DNA from: Schmidtea polychroa
Lineage: Eukaryota
Assembly (NCBI GenBank): GCA_044892525.1
Contig: CM097888.1
Location: 43,958,001 to 44,022,000, forward strand
Length of the DNA: 64,000 bases
Direction: 5' to 3'
In this document: piece after piece, positions 51,990-63,907 of the stretch
Numbering within the stretch: the stretch's first letter is position 1
Layout: each line of letters opens with the position of its first letter
Program-made: the position numbers and the translations under genes
Notes under the pieces: model-generated
The model's input: only the letters and a program-made list of their open reading frames with translations
Databases searched by the model: none
Told to the model about the DNA's origin: nothing

Positions 51990-53130
51990 TAAAATCGAAA
52001 TTGTTTTAAAATGAAACTGAATGAAAACCAAATGAAATAAAAATGCAAAAATGTGTAGAGACATTTAATGGAAAGAGAAAGGTGCATAATTATATATGAA
52101 TTGACATGATTTGCAACATCGAATGTGAATTTTCTTTTAAACAATGAGTAGTATAAACAGGTTGATGGTGTTGCTATGGCTTCCCGATTGGTTACAACAA
52201 TGCCATCTATTTTCATGTCAAGTAAAAAAGAAAATCATACAATTCAACTAAACGAATTGTGTAAACGGATGTGTTAATAATATTTTTTAGTCTTTAAGAA
52301 TTGTGAGTATGTCTTTCTTAGATTATATGAATGATTTGCATATGAATATTAAATTTACTTGTGAAGAAGGAAAAATGTCTATGTGGGCCGTTTTTGATTT
52401 GATTATTAACGGAAGTAAAAAGATTAGCAGAAAACCGACCGATGTTGGTCTTTATACTGCTCATGATTATAAATATAAGCAAAATATGGTGAAAGAATTA
52501 GTTTTTCGTTCATGGTCTTTATTATCCACGTCTATTAATTCAGTGAAAAGCATTGATTCTCTGATTGTGTTGCTTCTTAAAAATGAATATTCTAAATCTT
52601 TTCTTGAGCTCATGACAAAAGACACATTTGATAAATGAATGTTGAATACTCTTGATCTTTCCACAGGTTTATCTGAAGGTAATGATTCTATTTTTCATGC
52701 TAAAGATAATAAATCAAGTTCGGATGGTGATAAATTTGATCTAAGCACACTGATCGAAAATGTGTGTTAGTATTACCTTATTCTGAAGGTTTCAGAGAAT
52801 TCAAGTATTAGATCCTTAAACATTTAATAGTAGATAAGACTATATTTAGGATTCTTTCAAGGTCTTGCAAGGTTGGTAGCACGTTCACTAAAAAATCTCC
52901 AGTTTGGTCTGTGTTTAGAACTCGTGTATCAATTTTCATGTAGTTTTCATGTAATTTTAATATTGGAGAGACTGCCCGTCATCTTTGCACTCGAGTTCTT
53001 GAGCGTTCATTTTAGGAAGTGTCCAGGTAAAATAATAAGTATTTTTAATTTTAAGATCTTGTCGAAAATTTTGAGTAATTAATAGAAACGAGTGATGTGC
53101 GAGGTGCTGCTAACTGGATCTTTAAATCCT
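51990..53130 (+). mobile_element. Penelope-like retroelement remnant covering RT and GIY-YIG
   Basis: YKQVDGVAMAS, LHMNIKFTCE, RKPTDVGLY, YKQNMVKELVFRS, LPYSEG, VYQFSCS and IGETARHLCTRV in order, with stops and frameshifts. Confidence 0.85.
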
Positions 53131-56100
53131 ATAATTAATATTCAAAGTCTACAGGGATTTTGAATGTATTTAAATAGTTTAATTTGTATATGTATTATTT
53201 GGGATGATGTTATTGTTAGTTAAATTTTTTGTATGAAAACAATTTTTAAATTTATATTAAATCTATTTTTTATATTAATTTTAAAAGTATTTTTTGTAGG
53301 AGAATGTTAACAATTTTGTGTATTTTTTTAAAGTTAAAATAATTTTTTATTTTCGAAAAGAAGAAAAATTTGAATAAAATATTTTTTAGTTTGATACAAT
53401 TTCATTACGATTATTATTTGTTAAATTGTATGAATATTCTTAGTTTCATGTTGTTGTGATTAATACGATTGTTTGCCTGAAGAAGACTGTCAAACGGTCG
53501 AAATATATAACAATGTTATATTTTAATATACTTAGTTGGCGATTTTAAATTATTACAACTTAAAATATTATTTATTATTATTATTATTATTATGGTCAGC
53601 AAAAATTGGAAAATAATGTAGTCAATCAAAAATACACAGGAAAAGCTTTAGCCTAAAGTCATTTTCTTTCTATATTAAGAGTCAAATTTCAAGTTTATAA
53701 AGACAAAAAAACATCAGAAAAATGTTCTTGGTGCTCAGGTAGACATTAAAACTTCAGGACCGTCGGTGATAGTAGAGATTGAACTATCGGCTATTTAATG
53801 AAATTATTTGAGAATTTTAATGAAAATTATAAAAGAGAAGCTTCCGAAGCTTCGTAACGGTTATCATAAACGAGCGCAAAACAAAAATAAAACGTAAAGA
53901 CAAACGTAAATGAATTTATCATTAATTATTATATGAGTTTAGTAGCAATTACTTTTTATAATTAAATTGAATATTTTTTATGAATCACTAATAATAATTA
54001 TTTTCCTTTTCAGTTTGAAGGAAAAAAATTTTATTTAACATCCAGTTTGATATTAAAGCTATTTACAAATAATTTTTCTATGTTTAAAATAAATGAGCAC
54101 TTATGAAATTCCAAATGAAAAACAAAACAAAGGTGAACTAAAAGATATTTTTATAAAAAGATATCCTTTTATCTATCTTATGAAATTAGACATAAATTAA
54201 TAATATTACTGTCACTTATTTCGTCAAGAAAATTATATACTTATGATTTTGTCAGAATTACTTTTTAGTGTGAACACTTCATTATAATAATGATTTTTTC
54301 AATATTTTCAACTTAGATAGTATCTGACTATTTTTTGTTCAAAAGCAGTGTATTAATATATAAGAAGAAAAGACACTTGAGTGTATAACACTTTAGATAA
54401 GATTTACTATAAAAAAGGCAGGATTTCTCAAACCGAAAGGGGAGGAAAACATAATAACTTTAAAGAAAAGAAATAGCTAAACTTTATTTTAGCTAATAAA
54501 TAAATAAATAAATAAATATATAATAAGAGCTTTTAAAAATTTTTACCACTGATTTCCTTTGTATTTATTAAAACTTGAAAAAATCAGTAAAAAAAAATCA
54601 GTAATATATCGATGTTTTTCAATTTCAAGATTGTACATTCTGACTGGGACATTGTAAAAGTGTACATATATAAAACAAAAAAAATTAATGATTTTGGAAA
54701 CTTTTTTGTTAGTGGTAAAAACAGTAATTTTTGTAAATTAATTTAATATAATTTGTTAGTTTGGATTTTGTAAAATCAAATGGTAATTAAAACAAATAAA
54801 ATTTCGTTTCATTTTGTTTGAATGTAATAAATTAATAATTTATAGTATCAACATGATATTGTGAAAGATTTAAGTGTTAACTCTTTCATATATTAATTAT
54901 TTTGCGAAAAAGTAGTCCAGTGGAAATTGCCAAGAATTTATTATATGAATTATATACTCAATTTGTTTCCCAAATCAATTTGATAATTTATTTATGAAAT
55001 TCCTTGTTAAATGTATGAAAAAGACGAAGGTAAAAATATAAATTAGTTTTGTTTAAAATAAACACTTAAATCTAATTTTAGATGAAGAGTGAAAGAATAT
55101 AAAGCCGAAGATTATGAGGTTAAAAATTAAGCAGGGTATGAAAAATATTTGCAGAAAAAATAAATTTCTAAAGATTCATCAAATTCATTATCAGCTATTG
55201 ATAAAATTTCATTTAAAATTTGCTTTTCTTTCTATTTATCTGATGATCTTTTTAAATTTTTTATCTATTAATCACACTTTATGTGAAGGTCATTCGGACA
55301 TGGAAATGGTAAGCTAAAATTAATAAAAACAAAAAATAATGCGCTTTGTTTCTAAAAATTTTTTTTAAATATTCAGAGTTTTTGAAAATTAAGAGTATTG
55401 AATAATAAAAATTTAGGACCGATGAGTTTTTTTATAAAGGTATTTATTTAATTTAAACAGATTTGAGTAATGAAAATTTTAAGGAAGTTCATAACAAGTT
55501 TAATGCTATGGAGGTAACCTCTGACTTCCAGTAAAATACATTAAAAACATAATCTTACAGTTCAAATGAACTCCTGTAAATAATATTATAATATATTCCA
55601 CACTAACAAATTCATGTTAACTATTTGATTAAGTGTGGCATTCAACGTGTTAAAAACAAACATTAGAGTATTTGTCTTTNNNNNNNNNNNNNNNNNNNNN
55701 NNNNNNNNNNNNNNNNNNNNNNNNNNNNNNNNNNNNNNNNNNNNNNNNNNNNNNNNNNNNNNNNNNNNNNNNNNNNNNNNNNNNNNNNNNNNNNNNNNNN
55801 NNNNNNNNNNNNNNNNNNNNNNNNNNNNNNNNNNNNNNNNNNNNNNNNNNNNNNNNNNNNNNNNNNNNNNNNNNNNNNNNNNNNNNNNNNNNNNNNNNNN
55901 NNNNNNNNNNNNNTTAACAAATATATTTTGGGAATATATATTAATTATTAATTATTAATATATTTTGGAATCGATAAATATTTTATGGGTAGTGTACATT
56001 AATAATTAAATTTATGGATATTTATAAGGTATAAAGAAAATACACTGGTTTTTCAGTCTATGAACCAGGTTGAAAATAAAAAGGTTTTTTCCAGACCGAA

Positions 56101-57748
56101 AATGATATTGAAATAACGAAAATGTGAATTAAGTAAGAATAAACAAAAATTGATTTTTGAAATTAAATTTGTTTTCAATTTTATGTCATACCAATATGTA
56201 AATTAAATTAAAAATATTTCAGAAATTTAATTATTATAAAAAATTATGTTTATCATTATTTTGTAATAATTTTTAGAAATAATCGAAATAAGATTTATTT
56301 CATAAAAACATTTTTATAACAACAAGCGTACATTTTCTACAAAAACTTTCAAATAATTTTCTCAAAAATAACTAAATTTTAAATTTAAAATATTTTTTTA
56401 AAATTAGTTGTCAAATAAAAATTAATTTTTAATTAAACACAGACTACATAAATACATTTCTCAGACATGCTTGGATTAAAAGTTTTTTTCTCGGTTTTGC
56501 TTATAAGCTAATAAGAGTCAAAATAAAGGAACAAGTCAATGACGGTCTCAAAAATGAGTATAAAATAGAGTAGAATAGAATGGAAATTTGCTATTAAAAG
56601 TATATGACAAAATAAATGTAAAGACCTGTTTAGTAAATAGACAAAGTCAAATTAAATTTTACAATCACTATATTAAATTTATGGTCTTCCTATACAGCAT
56701 GTCGGTATTATTCAAATTGTATAATGATTATAATTTGATATCAATATTATTCTTGTTAAGATTTAGCCAATAAATATTAATATTTTAAAATATGTTTGTT
56801 AAATATTTTTATTAATAAAATTTCCTATATCTTTTTCTAATAATTCATATTTATTTTTATTTTATTATTTATAATAATCATTTTTAATTATTTAAAATAT
56901 TTTAAAATATTATAACGAAAATGATTTGAAAGTTAATTATATGAATATTCATAGTAAAGGTATTATATTTTTTAATAAAGAACTCTCAAATACATATCTT
57001 GATGAGCTTTCGTGGATATAGATAATTGATAAAAATTATTAAAACAAAAATAAAATAAAACTAAAAATAAATATTTGTTTATCAAGTTAATTTTATTTAA
57101 ATGATTCTAACAATTTTTATATTATTTATGTATTATTGTGTAAAATTAAAATAACAAGTTTAATTGGAAAATGTTTATTTAAAAATGTGAATTTGAAGTT
57201 ACACATTCACTTTNNNNNNNNNNNNNNNNNNNNNNNNNNNNNNNNNNNNNNNNNNNNNNNNNNNNNNNNNNNNNNNNNNNNNNNNNNNNNNNNNNNNNNN
57301 NNNNNNNNNNNNNNNNNNNNNNNNNNNNNNNNNNNNNNNNNNNNNNNNNNNNNNNNNNNNNNNNATGAGTCAGTAAATATATAAAAAAACATCGATATAT
57401 TTACTTATTCACAGTCAAGCATTTTAATAAATACAATGTCAATTGAAAAGATATCAGAGGTGAAATTTGAAAAAAGTTCTAATAATTAATTAATTAATTA
57501 ATTATTAATACAAATACAAATTATATTTAATTATTTTAAAAATTATCTTTACATGTATATTCAAACAAAATGAAATAAGGAAATACACGGATTAAAATAA
57601 TTTGGAGAACTTTAAAAATTTTACTATTATTTTAAAAGCAACATTGTTTTCATGAAAATAGTCCAGACTTATACAATTATTCATTGAATTAATAAATAAC
57701 GTACTTTACAGAAATAAAATAATATTAAAAAATTTAACAATCGCTTAC

Positions 57749-59269
57749 ATTTGCACATCTAATAAGCCCAGAAGTCGGATCTATATCGAAATATTCAGCA
57801 CCGTAATTGTCAATTTGGTATTTCAATTCAGCAGATTTGTCCTGATCCTCTGCTATTACCGTCATTACCTTAGTACCAAATTCTGAGTTTTCCGAAACAT
57901 TTCCCAGCAAATATTGGAATTTATCTTTAAAGGTCGGTCGGAATTCATTGAGATCGGTAATGATAATTGGAATAATTTTCCTTGATTCCAGGCTTGGTTC
58001 TCCTTGGTCTTTGCAAATAACAATCGCATCAATTTTCTGTTCGACTTCGTGATCGAATTTTCTCACGCTTCGCAAAGAATAAATGTCTTTCGATCGGTTT
58101 TGTAGTTCAAATGAGCCTTCACAAACCGGATCAAGATGACAATAAACAATTCCATTGCGACCTTTATCTTGATCGACGATTTGCAATGTCGTAATGAGTT
58201 TTGATGGTATTTCTTCTTGAATTTTCAATGAGCTTAAATCGGTTATTATCCGAATTTCTGGTTTGTGATCATTAACGTCTTCAACCAGAATCATCACGCT
58301 GCACAAGGACTGTTTTGCGTTAATAGGATCCGAGTCACGGGCAACAATACTAAACGGATATCGGGTCCGAGTGAACGTAGACAATTTCTTTTTCAATTTG
58401 ATTTTCCCTGACTGAGTTTCAACTGAGAATGTTGATTGGACATCAGTATCGAAATCGGTTCTTAGAAAATATTGAATTGTACCAAATCTTTCCGAATCTC
58501 TATCATGGGCTTTAACCTGTCCAATAATTTCTCCGATTACAACGTCTTCTCTGATTGTTAAATTGTAGGTTTCACTCTCAAAAATCGGTTGATTATCATT
58601 TTCGTCTTTAATATTGATAATGAGGTTTTGAGTAGTGCAGTTGTTTTCGTCGCACGCTTCTAATTTCGCGCGGTATTGTCTCTTTTCTTCAAAATCTAAT
58701 TTTTTTGAAACCTTTAAGAAAATTGAAGGTAACTGACTGATATCCAGTATGAAACTATTTGTTGGCTCGTCAAGCTTATAATTTCGTATGCGATACTGAC
58801 TCGAATGGTCTTTGTCAGTTGCTGAAGTTAAAGAAATAGAGTTTCCAATCTGAGAGAATTCACTAATTATTATGTTAGCTTCAGGGGTTTCAAATTTAGG
58901 ATTATGGTCGTTTTTGTCTAATATTTGGACTTGAATCTCCAAACTTGAAACTACTTCTTTTTCTTTATTGTTTATTAAAATATTCGCCTTTAATATGCAT
59001 ACCGGTTCACCGCAACATAGTTTATATTGGGAACATAAAGTCTCCAAATCAATCAACTTTCTTACTAATATTTTACCCGCCTCTGTTACAATAAAAAATT
59101 CGCTTTCCGTAACAAACTGCAAAGAAGTGCTCCGTAAATTGTATGGAATAGCTGACAGAATACTTCCAATCTCTGAATTCGGAGGAATTTCTTCGTGCAT
59201 TTGAATGCTGATTTTATCCGAAAGCGCAAAAACACTATTAACACAGAAAATAACAATAAACCAAATCAT
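57749..59269 (-). CDS. Protocadherin (7-EC, delta1-like architecture), coding exon 1: signal peptide, EC1-EC4, first half of EC5
   Basis: The ORF track begins at a TTG (59359); the first ATG is 59269, giving MIWFIVIFCVNSVFA (hydrophobic signal peptide). Cadherin motifs DKNDHNPKF, DENDNQPIF, DVNDHKPEI, DLNEFRPTF; EC1 has IDLETLC...C as in protocadherins. Ends at AAT|gtaagc donor (phase 0); 1521 nt = 507 codons. Confidence 0.95.
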
Positions 59270-59449
59270 AATTTGTAAGTAGTAGATATAAGTAGTTTTT
59301 GATTTTTTTTTTAAAAAAAGATTTTTGAAAATCCCAGAAATACTTTTAATTTTAATCAAGAATTGATCTCAATAAAATTGTGTAGTATAAATTTTTCACA
59401 CTCGCATCTGTTTCCAACATCTGGTAATTGTAATTCAAGTGATAATTAT

Positions 59450-60000
59450 ATTTCTGATTGGATTTTGGAAATCTTTCTAAACAAAAAAAAATCCCAACCC
59501 CTCACGACTGGAATCGGCACATAGGCATGGAAACAAGCACAAAATATTCAACACAGACACAGAAGAACACAAAATTCTCCAAACGAATAATCCGAAACGA
59601 AATCGATTTAAATTCCAAAATTGCACACACAGACTCACTCGCAGACACGCAACGAGAGAGATGATGAAAATTTGGGGAAAATGTTGCACGACGATAAATT
59701 TCAATGAAAATCCAATCCAATTCGATAGTGATTTCTGATCATAAATTGTAAGCGACAAATTTCAAATATAAACTGAACGAAAACGGGTTCAATTTGATGA
59801 TTTGAATTTCCAATCAACCAATCAGATTTGTCCAGTTATTTTATCGATAAAACATTGTTGAATAAAAATCACGGGATAAAAATCAAAAAATTTTAAATAA
59901 TTTTTATTTTAATTTTACTTTTTTTAAATAATTGAATTTTTTTTTCATTTCATAGTGAAAAAAAGAAGGAAAAATTATTCAATCGCTTCTTGGATTGGTT
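59450..60000. promoter_or_regulatory. Probable protocadherin promoter / 5' UTR region with several CCAAT (NF-Y-type) boxes
   Basis: GC-elevated non-coding island just upstream of exon 1. CTGATTGG at 59454-59461, tandem CCAATCAACCAATCAG at 59810-59825, ATTGG at 59994-59998. Confidence 0.5.
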
Positions 60001-60375
60001 AGAAATTCACAAAATTAAATACTGTTGATAAATAGTAATCGAAAAGTTATATAATTTGAAATTGATTAAACAGATCTTTTTAATTTTTAATTTTTTATAT
60101 ATTATTTACCTTATTTACCTTATATTTAATCCTGTTGGGAAATTTATGTTTTTGTAGCTTCTCGAAAATAAACTTCCGACTTATGATCTGGTACAGAAAT
60201 ATGAAAATTCTTTTGTTGAATTTTTTAAAATTGCCACTCTGTTTATTTATAATATTTTTTCACAATATATAAAATCTCAAAGATTAACGTATCGTTTCGA
60301 ACAATTAAGGACTAAGGAAGCAGTTACCCAACCAAAAAAACCTGAAGAAATTTGAATATATATATATATATATAT

Positions 60376-60480
60376 TTCACTTGGAAAAGGCACTGCCGAA
60401 AATTCGTCAGCATCAACAAACATCGATATATTACTGATTTAGTCTTCAAACTCTCTTTTTAATTCAATATAATTCAATTT
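60376..60480 (+). repeat. Dispersed MITE-like repeat family (core AACATCGATATATTACTGATTT), one of five copies
   Basis: Related copies at about 12222-12310 (+), 49815-49906 (-), 54560-54619 (-) and 57388-57437 (+). Confidence 0.8.
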
Positions 60481-60485
60481 AATTC

Positions 60486-60743
60486 AATGAAAAGTTTTAA
60501 CAATTCAAATTCTTTCACTTTTATGCAGCGTTANNNNNNNNNNNNNNNNNNNNNNNNNNNNNNNNNNNNNNNNNNNNNNNNNNNNNNNNNNNNNNNNNNN
60601 NNNNNNNNNNNNNNNNNNNNNNNNNNNNNNNNNNNNNNNNNNNNNNNNNNNNNNNNNNNNNNNNNNNNNNNNNNNNNNNNNNNNNNNNNNNNNNNTAACG
60701 CTGCATAAAAGTGAAAGAATTTGAATTGTTAAAACTTTTCATT
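60486..60743. repeat. 48-bp perfect inverted repeat flanking an N gap
   Basis: 60486-60533 is the exact reverse complement of 60696-60743. Confidence 0.9.
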
Positions 60744-61649
60744 TATACACGGTTCTTAAATCCTGAATTTTCTTTTAAAAATGACATAATGATTTAATCA
60801 CTAACAGATTTATACTCAGGTTATTCCATGTCAGTTAGTGGTATGAAACACCATAAAGAAGCGCCAAACAATTCACTCTTTTTAGAGCAGTTCATATATA
60901 TGGACAAATAAGGAAAAATTATTTGTCAAAAATGAAATAGAAATTACGCCGGGTTAAATAATTAAATGATCTTTCTTCATTAAAATTTTAAAAAATGAAT
61001 TCGTCGTGCCAATATTGATATTATGTGACCCATGTACTTGATTAAAGTCCGATTTTTGTGTCCCAAATTTATAAGGAACATATAAATAACATTATAAAAA
61101 GACCTAGAAAAATACTTTCCTCAACGCCGTTTCCGAAATAAATCGTCTGAATTATGTTAGAAGTTGAGTCTGAAATGACAGGAGTAGTATTATTTAAAGG
61201 ATATATTATTAACTGATGTATATAAGTTTAAAATAAATACATGTTCTAAATAATAAAAATATTTATTAATTTAATAATTAAAATATACAAAAAACATATA
61301 AATAATAATTTATTTCATAAAATATTATTATTATTATTATTATATATAGTTCGAGTTTATCCGACAAGATATTTTGTCCCCCTATGGATATTGGTCACAA
61401 CGGTATTGGTCACACTCAACATGTCACAAGGTATATTATTCAAGACAATGAAACATAATATCAATAAAATAATATCAAATTAACAATGGTATTTTAAATA
61501 TTGATGTACTAATATTTGATGCCATATTGTTTGAAATTATCGATGTTGAATTATTAACTGTTTTCAAATATTCTATTGATCCTTTGATTGTTTGATATTT
61601 CAATCTTTCTTAATATTATTAAATTAATAAATATTTATATTATCTACAA

Positions 61650-63907
61650 CAGGGGTGCCCACTAATTTTTCTAGGAGAGCTACATTCACATCCAAAATGT
61701 GTATGCGATCTACTTTTTTAATACTTACATAATATTTACCTACAATGCAATAAATTCATCACAATAAAACAAATATATGTCAAAATATGGAAAATTAAAC
61801 TATATAACTATTTATTATAAAAAAATGTAACTTAGGAAATCAAATTTAATGAAAATTATTTTTATATAGAACTTTTCGATGTTGATGCTCTACATTGGGT
61901 TGAATCCACTAGATTTTTGTAGTTTGGGATATAAGTGCTAAGACAACTTCTTAGGCTGGATTCCAAATGGTCATCTGTTAATGTTGCTCGGTACTTTGAC
62001 TTTATAATTTTCATATGTGAAAATGCAGACTCACATAAATAAGTTGAACCAAAAAATGATACTAAATTTTCGAAGCATTTTTTCAAGTTTGAATATTCAT
62101 CCTCTGATAGATATTTCCATACATTTGGTTCGGAAGATCTTGATTTAATGAAGATATCATTTTGAAGTGTGATTATTTCCATTTCAAGTATAGGGATATC
62201 CATTTTAAACAAAGTTGAAATTGAATCTGCAACAATTTCTGGTTTTATTTTTGGATTAAACGGAAAGGACATAAATGCAGCCACAATTTCAAGTTTCTTG
62301 AAGTCTTGAAAACGTCTCTCGAACTCTTAAACCAAAATTTTGATCTCTTCCGCATATCTCGTAATATTAAAGTTGACATTTTCAGATTCTTTTAATTGTG
62401 ACAACGTATTTGGAAAATAACTTAAATTTTTGTCTTCTATTTTGGTAATAAGTAAATGAAGCTTTTGTATAAATGCATTGATTGAACTTATCATATCGAA
62501 TATCAATTTATCCTTACCTTGTAAGTCGAGATTTAATTCATTCAGAATTGCAGTAATATCTACTAAAAATGCCAAATCCAAGAGCCAAACATCATCTTCC
62601 AATTGCTTGAACTCATCACCTCTTGTGGCAAGGATCAACTTAATCTCAGAAAGCAAATCTCTAAATCTTTGTAAGAATTTTCCTCTACTTAGCCACCTTA
62701 CATCTGAATGCATCAGTAATTCAGCAGGACCTTCGCTATTACTTTCTTCAATTTGTAATTTGAAAAGTCGTCTCTGAAGACTTCTTGCACGAATCGAGTT
62801 AGCAAGTTTGAATGTTATTTCCATAATATCTCTCATATTCAGAATTTTAGCACACAAGGCTTGTTGATGAATAATACAGTGGTAGGAAAGAAAATCTGGG
62901 AATTCACAATCATTCCTACAATATGCTATAAATCCGTTGTGACGCCCTGTCATAGCTGGTGCGCCATCTGTTGTTATTGATACAAGCTTACAAATTTGGA
63001 GCTTAATGCTGTTGGCAAAAGCTTTAAAATTCTGAAATATATCCTCACCTCGAGTTTTACTTTTGAGTGGTATAATTGTTAATAATTCTTCCTTCGTAGA
63101 AAAATCTTTAAAGACCATTCGAATAAAAATTATAAGCTGCGAAATATCAGCCGCATCAGTTGATTCGTCTGCTTGCAATGAAAATGCGGTACAATTTCCT
63201 ATGTCTAACATTAACTGATTTTTTAAATTGGTACTTATTTCTTGGACTCTCCGTGTAACTCTATTACGGGACAATTGCATATCAGTAATAGCAGAAATTA
63301 TATCTGATTTATTTTTAAAATCACAAAATAATGATTCTGCCGCTTCTAAAAATGCTTCTTTTACAATTACTCCATCACTAAAAGATTTCTTATTTTTTGC
63401 CAGAATGTAGCTACTCGGAAAGATGCAGCTGTAGCTGACTTTGATTTGGATGTTAGCTTCGTAAAAAATGACTGTTGAAAAGAAATGCATGTTTTCAGTT
63501 CCATGATTTTAGACTTGCGTAGTTCACTGTCAAGTGGATATTCAACTGCAAAATTCTTATGAATTGTCTTGAAATGCCTTTCCAAATTCCCTATTTTTGG
63601 TAATGAAATAGTAGCTTTACAAATTAAGCAACAACATTTACCTTTAATCATTACAAAAAAGTACTCCTTCTCCATTTCTTCGCTATAATGATAAGTCTTG
63701 GCTTTTTTATTTAGCATTTTTAAACAAAATTAATTTAACAAAAAAGCTTAAGAAAATTTTTCACTTTGTTACACAAAAATTTAAGCATAAAACAGAAATT
63801 TTATATAAAATCTAAATTTATATAAAAAATATTTTTTTTATGAAGATCTACTAAAAAATCCTTCGCGATCTACCGGTAGATCGCGATCGACCTTATGGGC
63901 ACCCCTG
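61650..63907 (-). mobile_element. Full-length hAT DNA transposon (Buster/Charlie group, SPIN/GTF2IRD2-like transposase), nearly intact
   Basis: Perfect 12-bp TIRs CAGGGGTGCCCA (61650-61661) and TGGGCACCCCTG (63896-63907). Identical 8-bp TSD ATCTACAA at 61642-61649 and 63908-63915. 2258 bp. Confidence 0.96.
61862..63717 (-). pseudogene. hAT transposase, about 618 aa when repaired; one frameshift and one nonsense codon
   Basis: BED-like zinc finger CLICK...NLERHFKTIH; SLQADESTD, ITTDGAPAM, HCIIHQQAL, HSDVRWLSRG and FGSTYLCESAFS motifs. A 1-nt loss near 63407 (GTA GCT AC ATT CTG) joins ORFs 63367-63717 and 62327-63490. An in-frame TAA at 62327-62329 is followed by EFERRFQDF into ORF 61862-62284. 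Confidence 0.93.

Noticed and set aside
59270-59359. N-terminal extension MIKIKSISG... of the 541-aa ORF
   Set aside because: It starts at TTG, is low-complexity and AT-rich, and precedes a good ATG plus signal peptide at 59269.
58968-59758. Short ORFs 58968-59204, 59458-59664, 59477-59758 and 59502-59720
   Set aside because: Antisense shadows of exon 1 or chance ORFs in the GC-richer promoter/UTR island; no recognisable protein features.
9836-60742. Numerous ORF-track entries filled with X
   Set aside because: They are open only because they run through N gaps; there is no coding evidence.
62478-63410. Plus-strand ORFs within the hAT element, and likewise 30446-30643 within exon 3
   Set aside because: Antisense shadows of real coding sequence.
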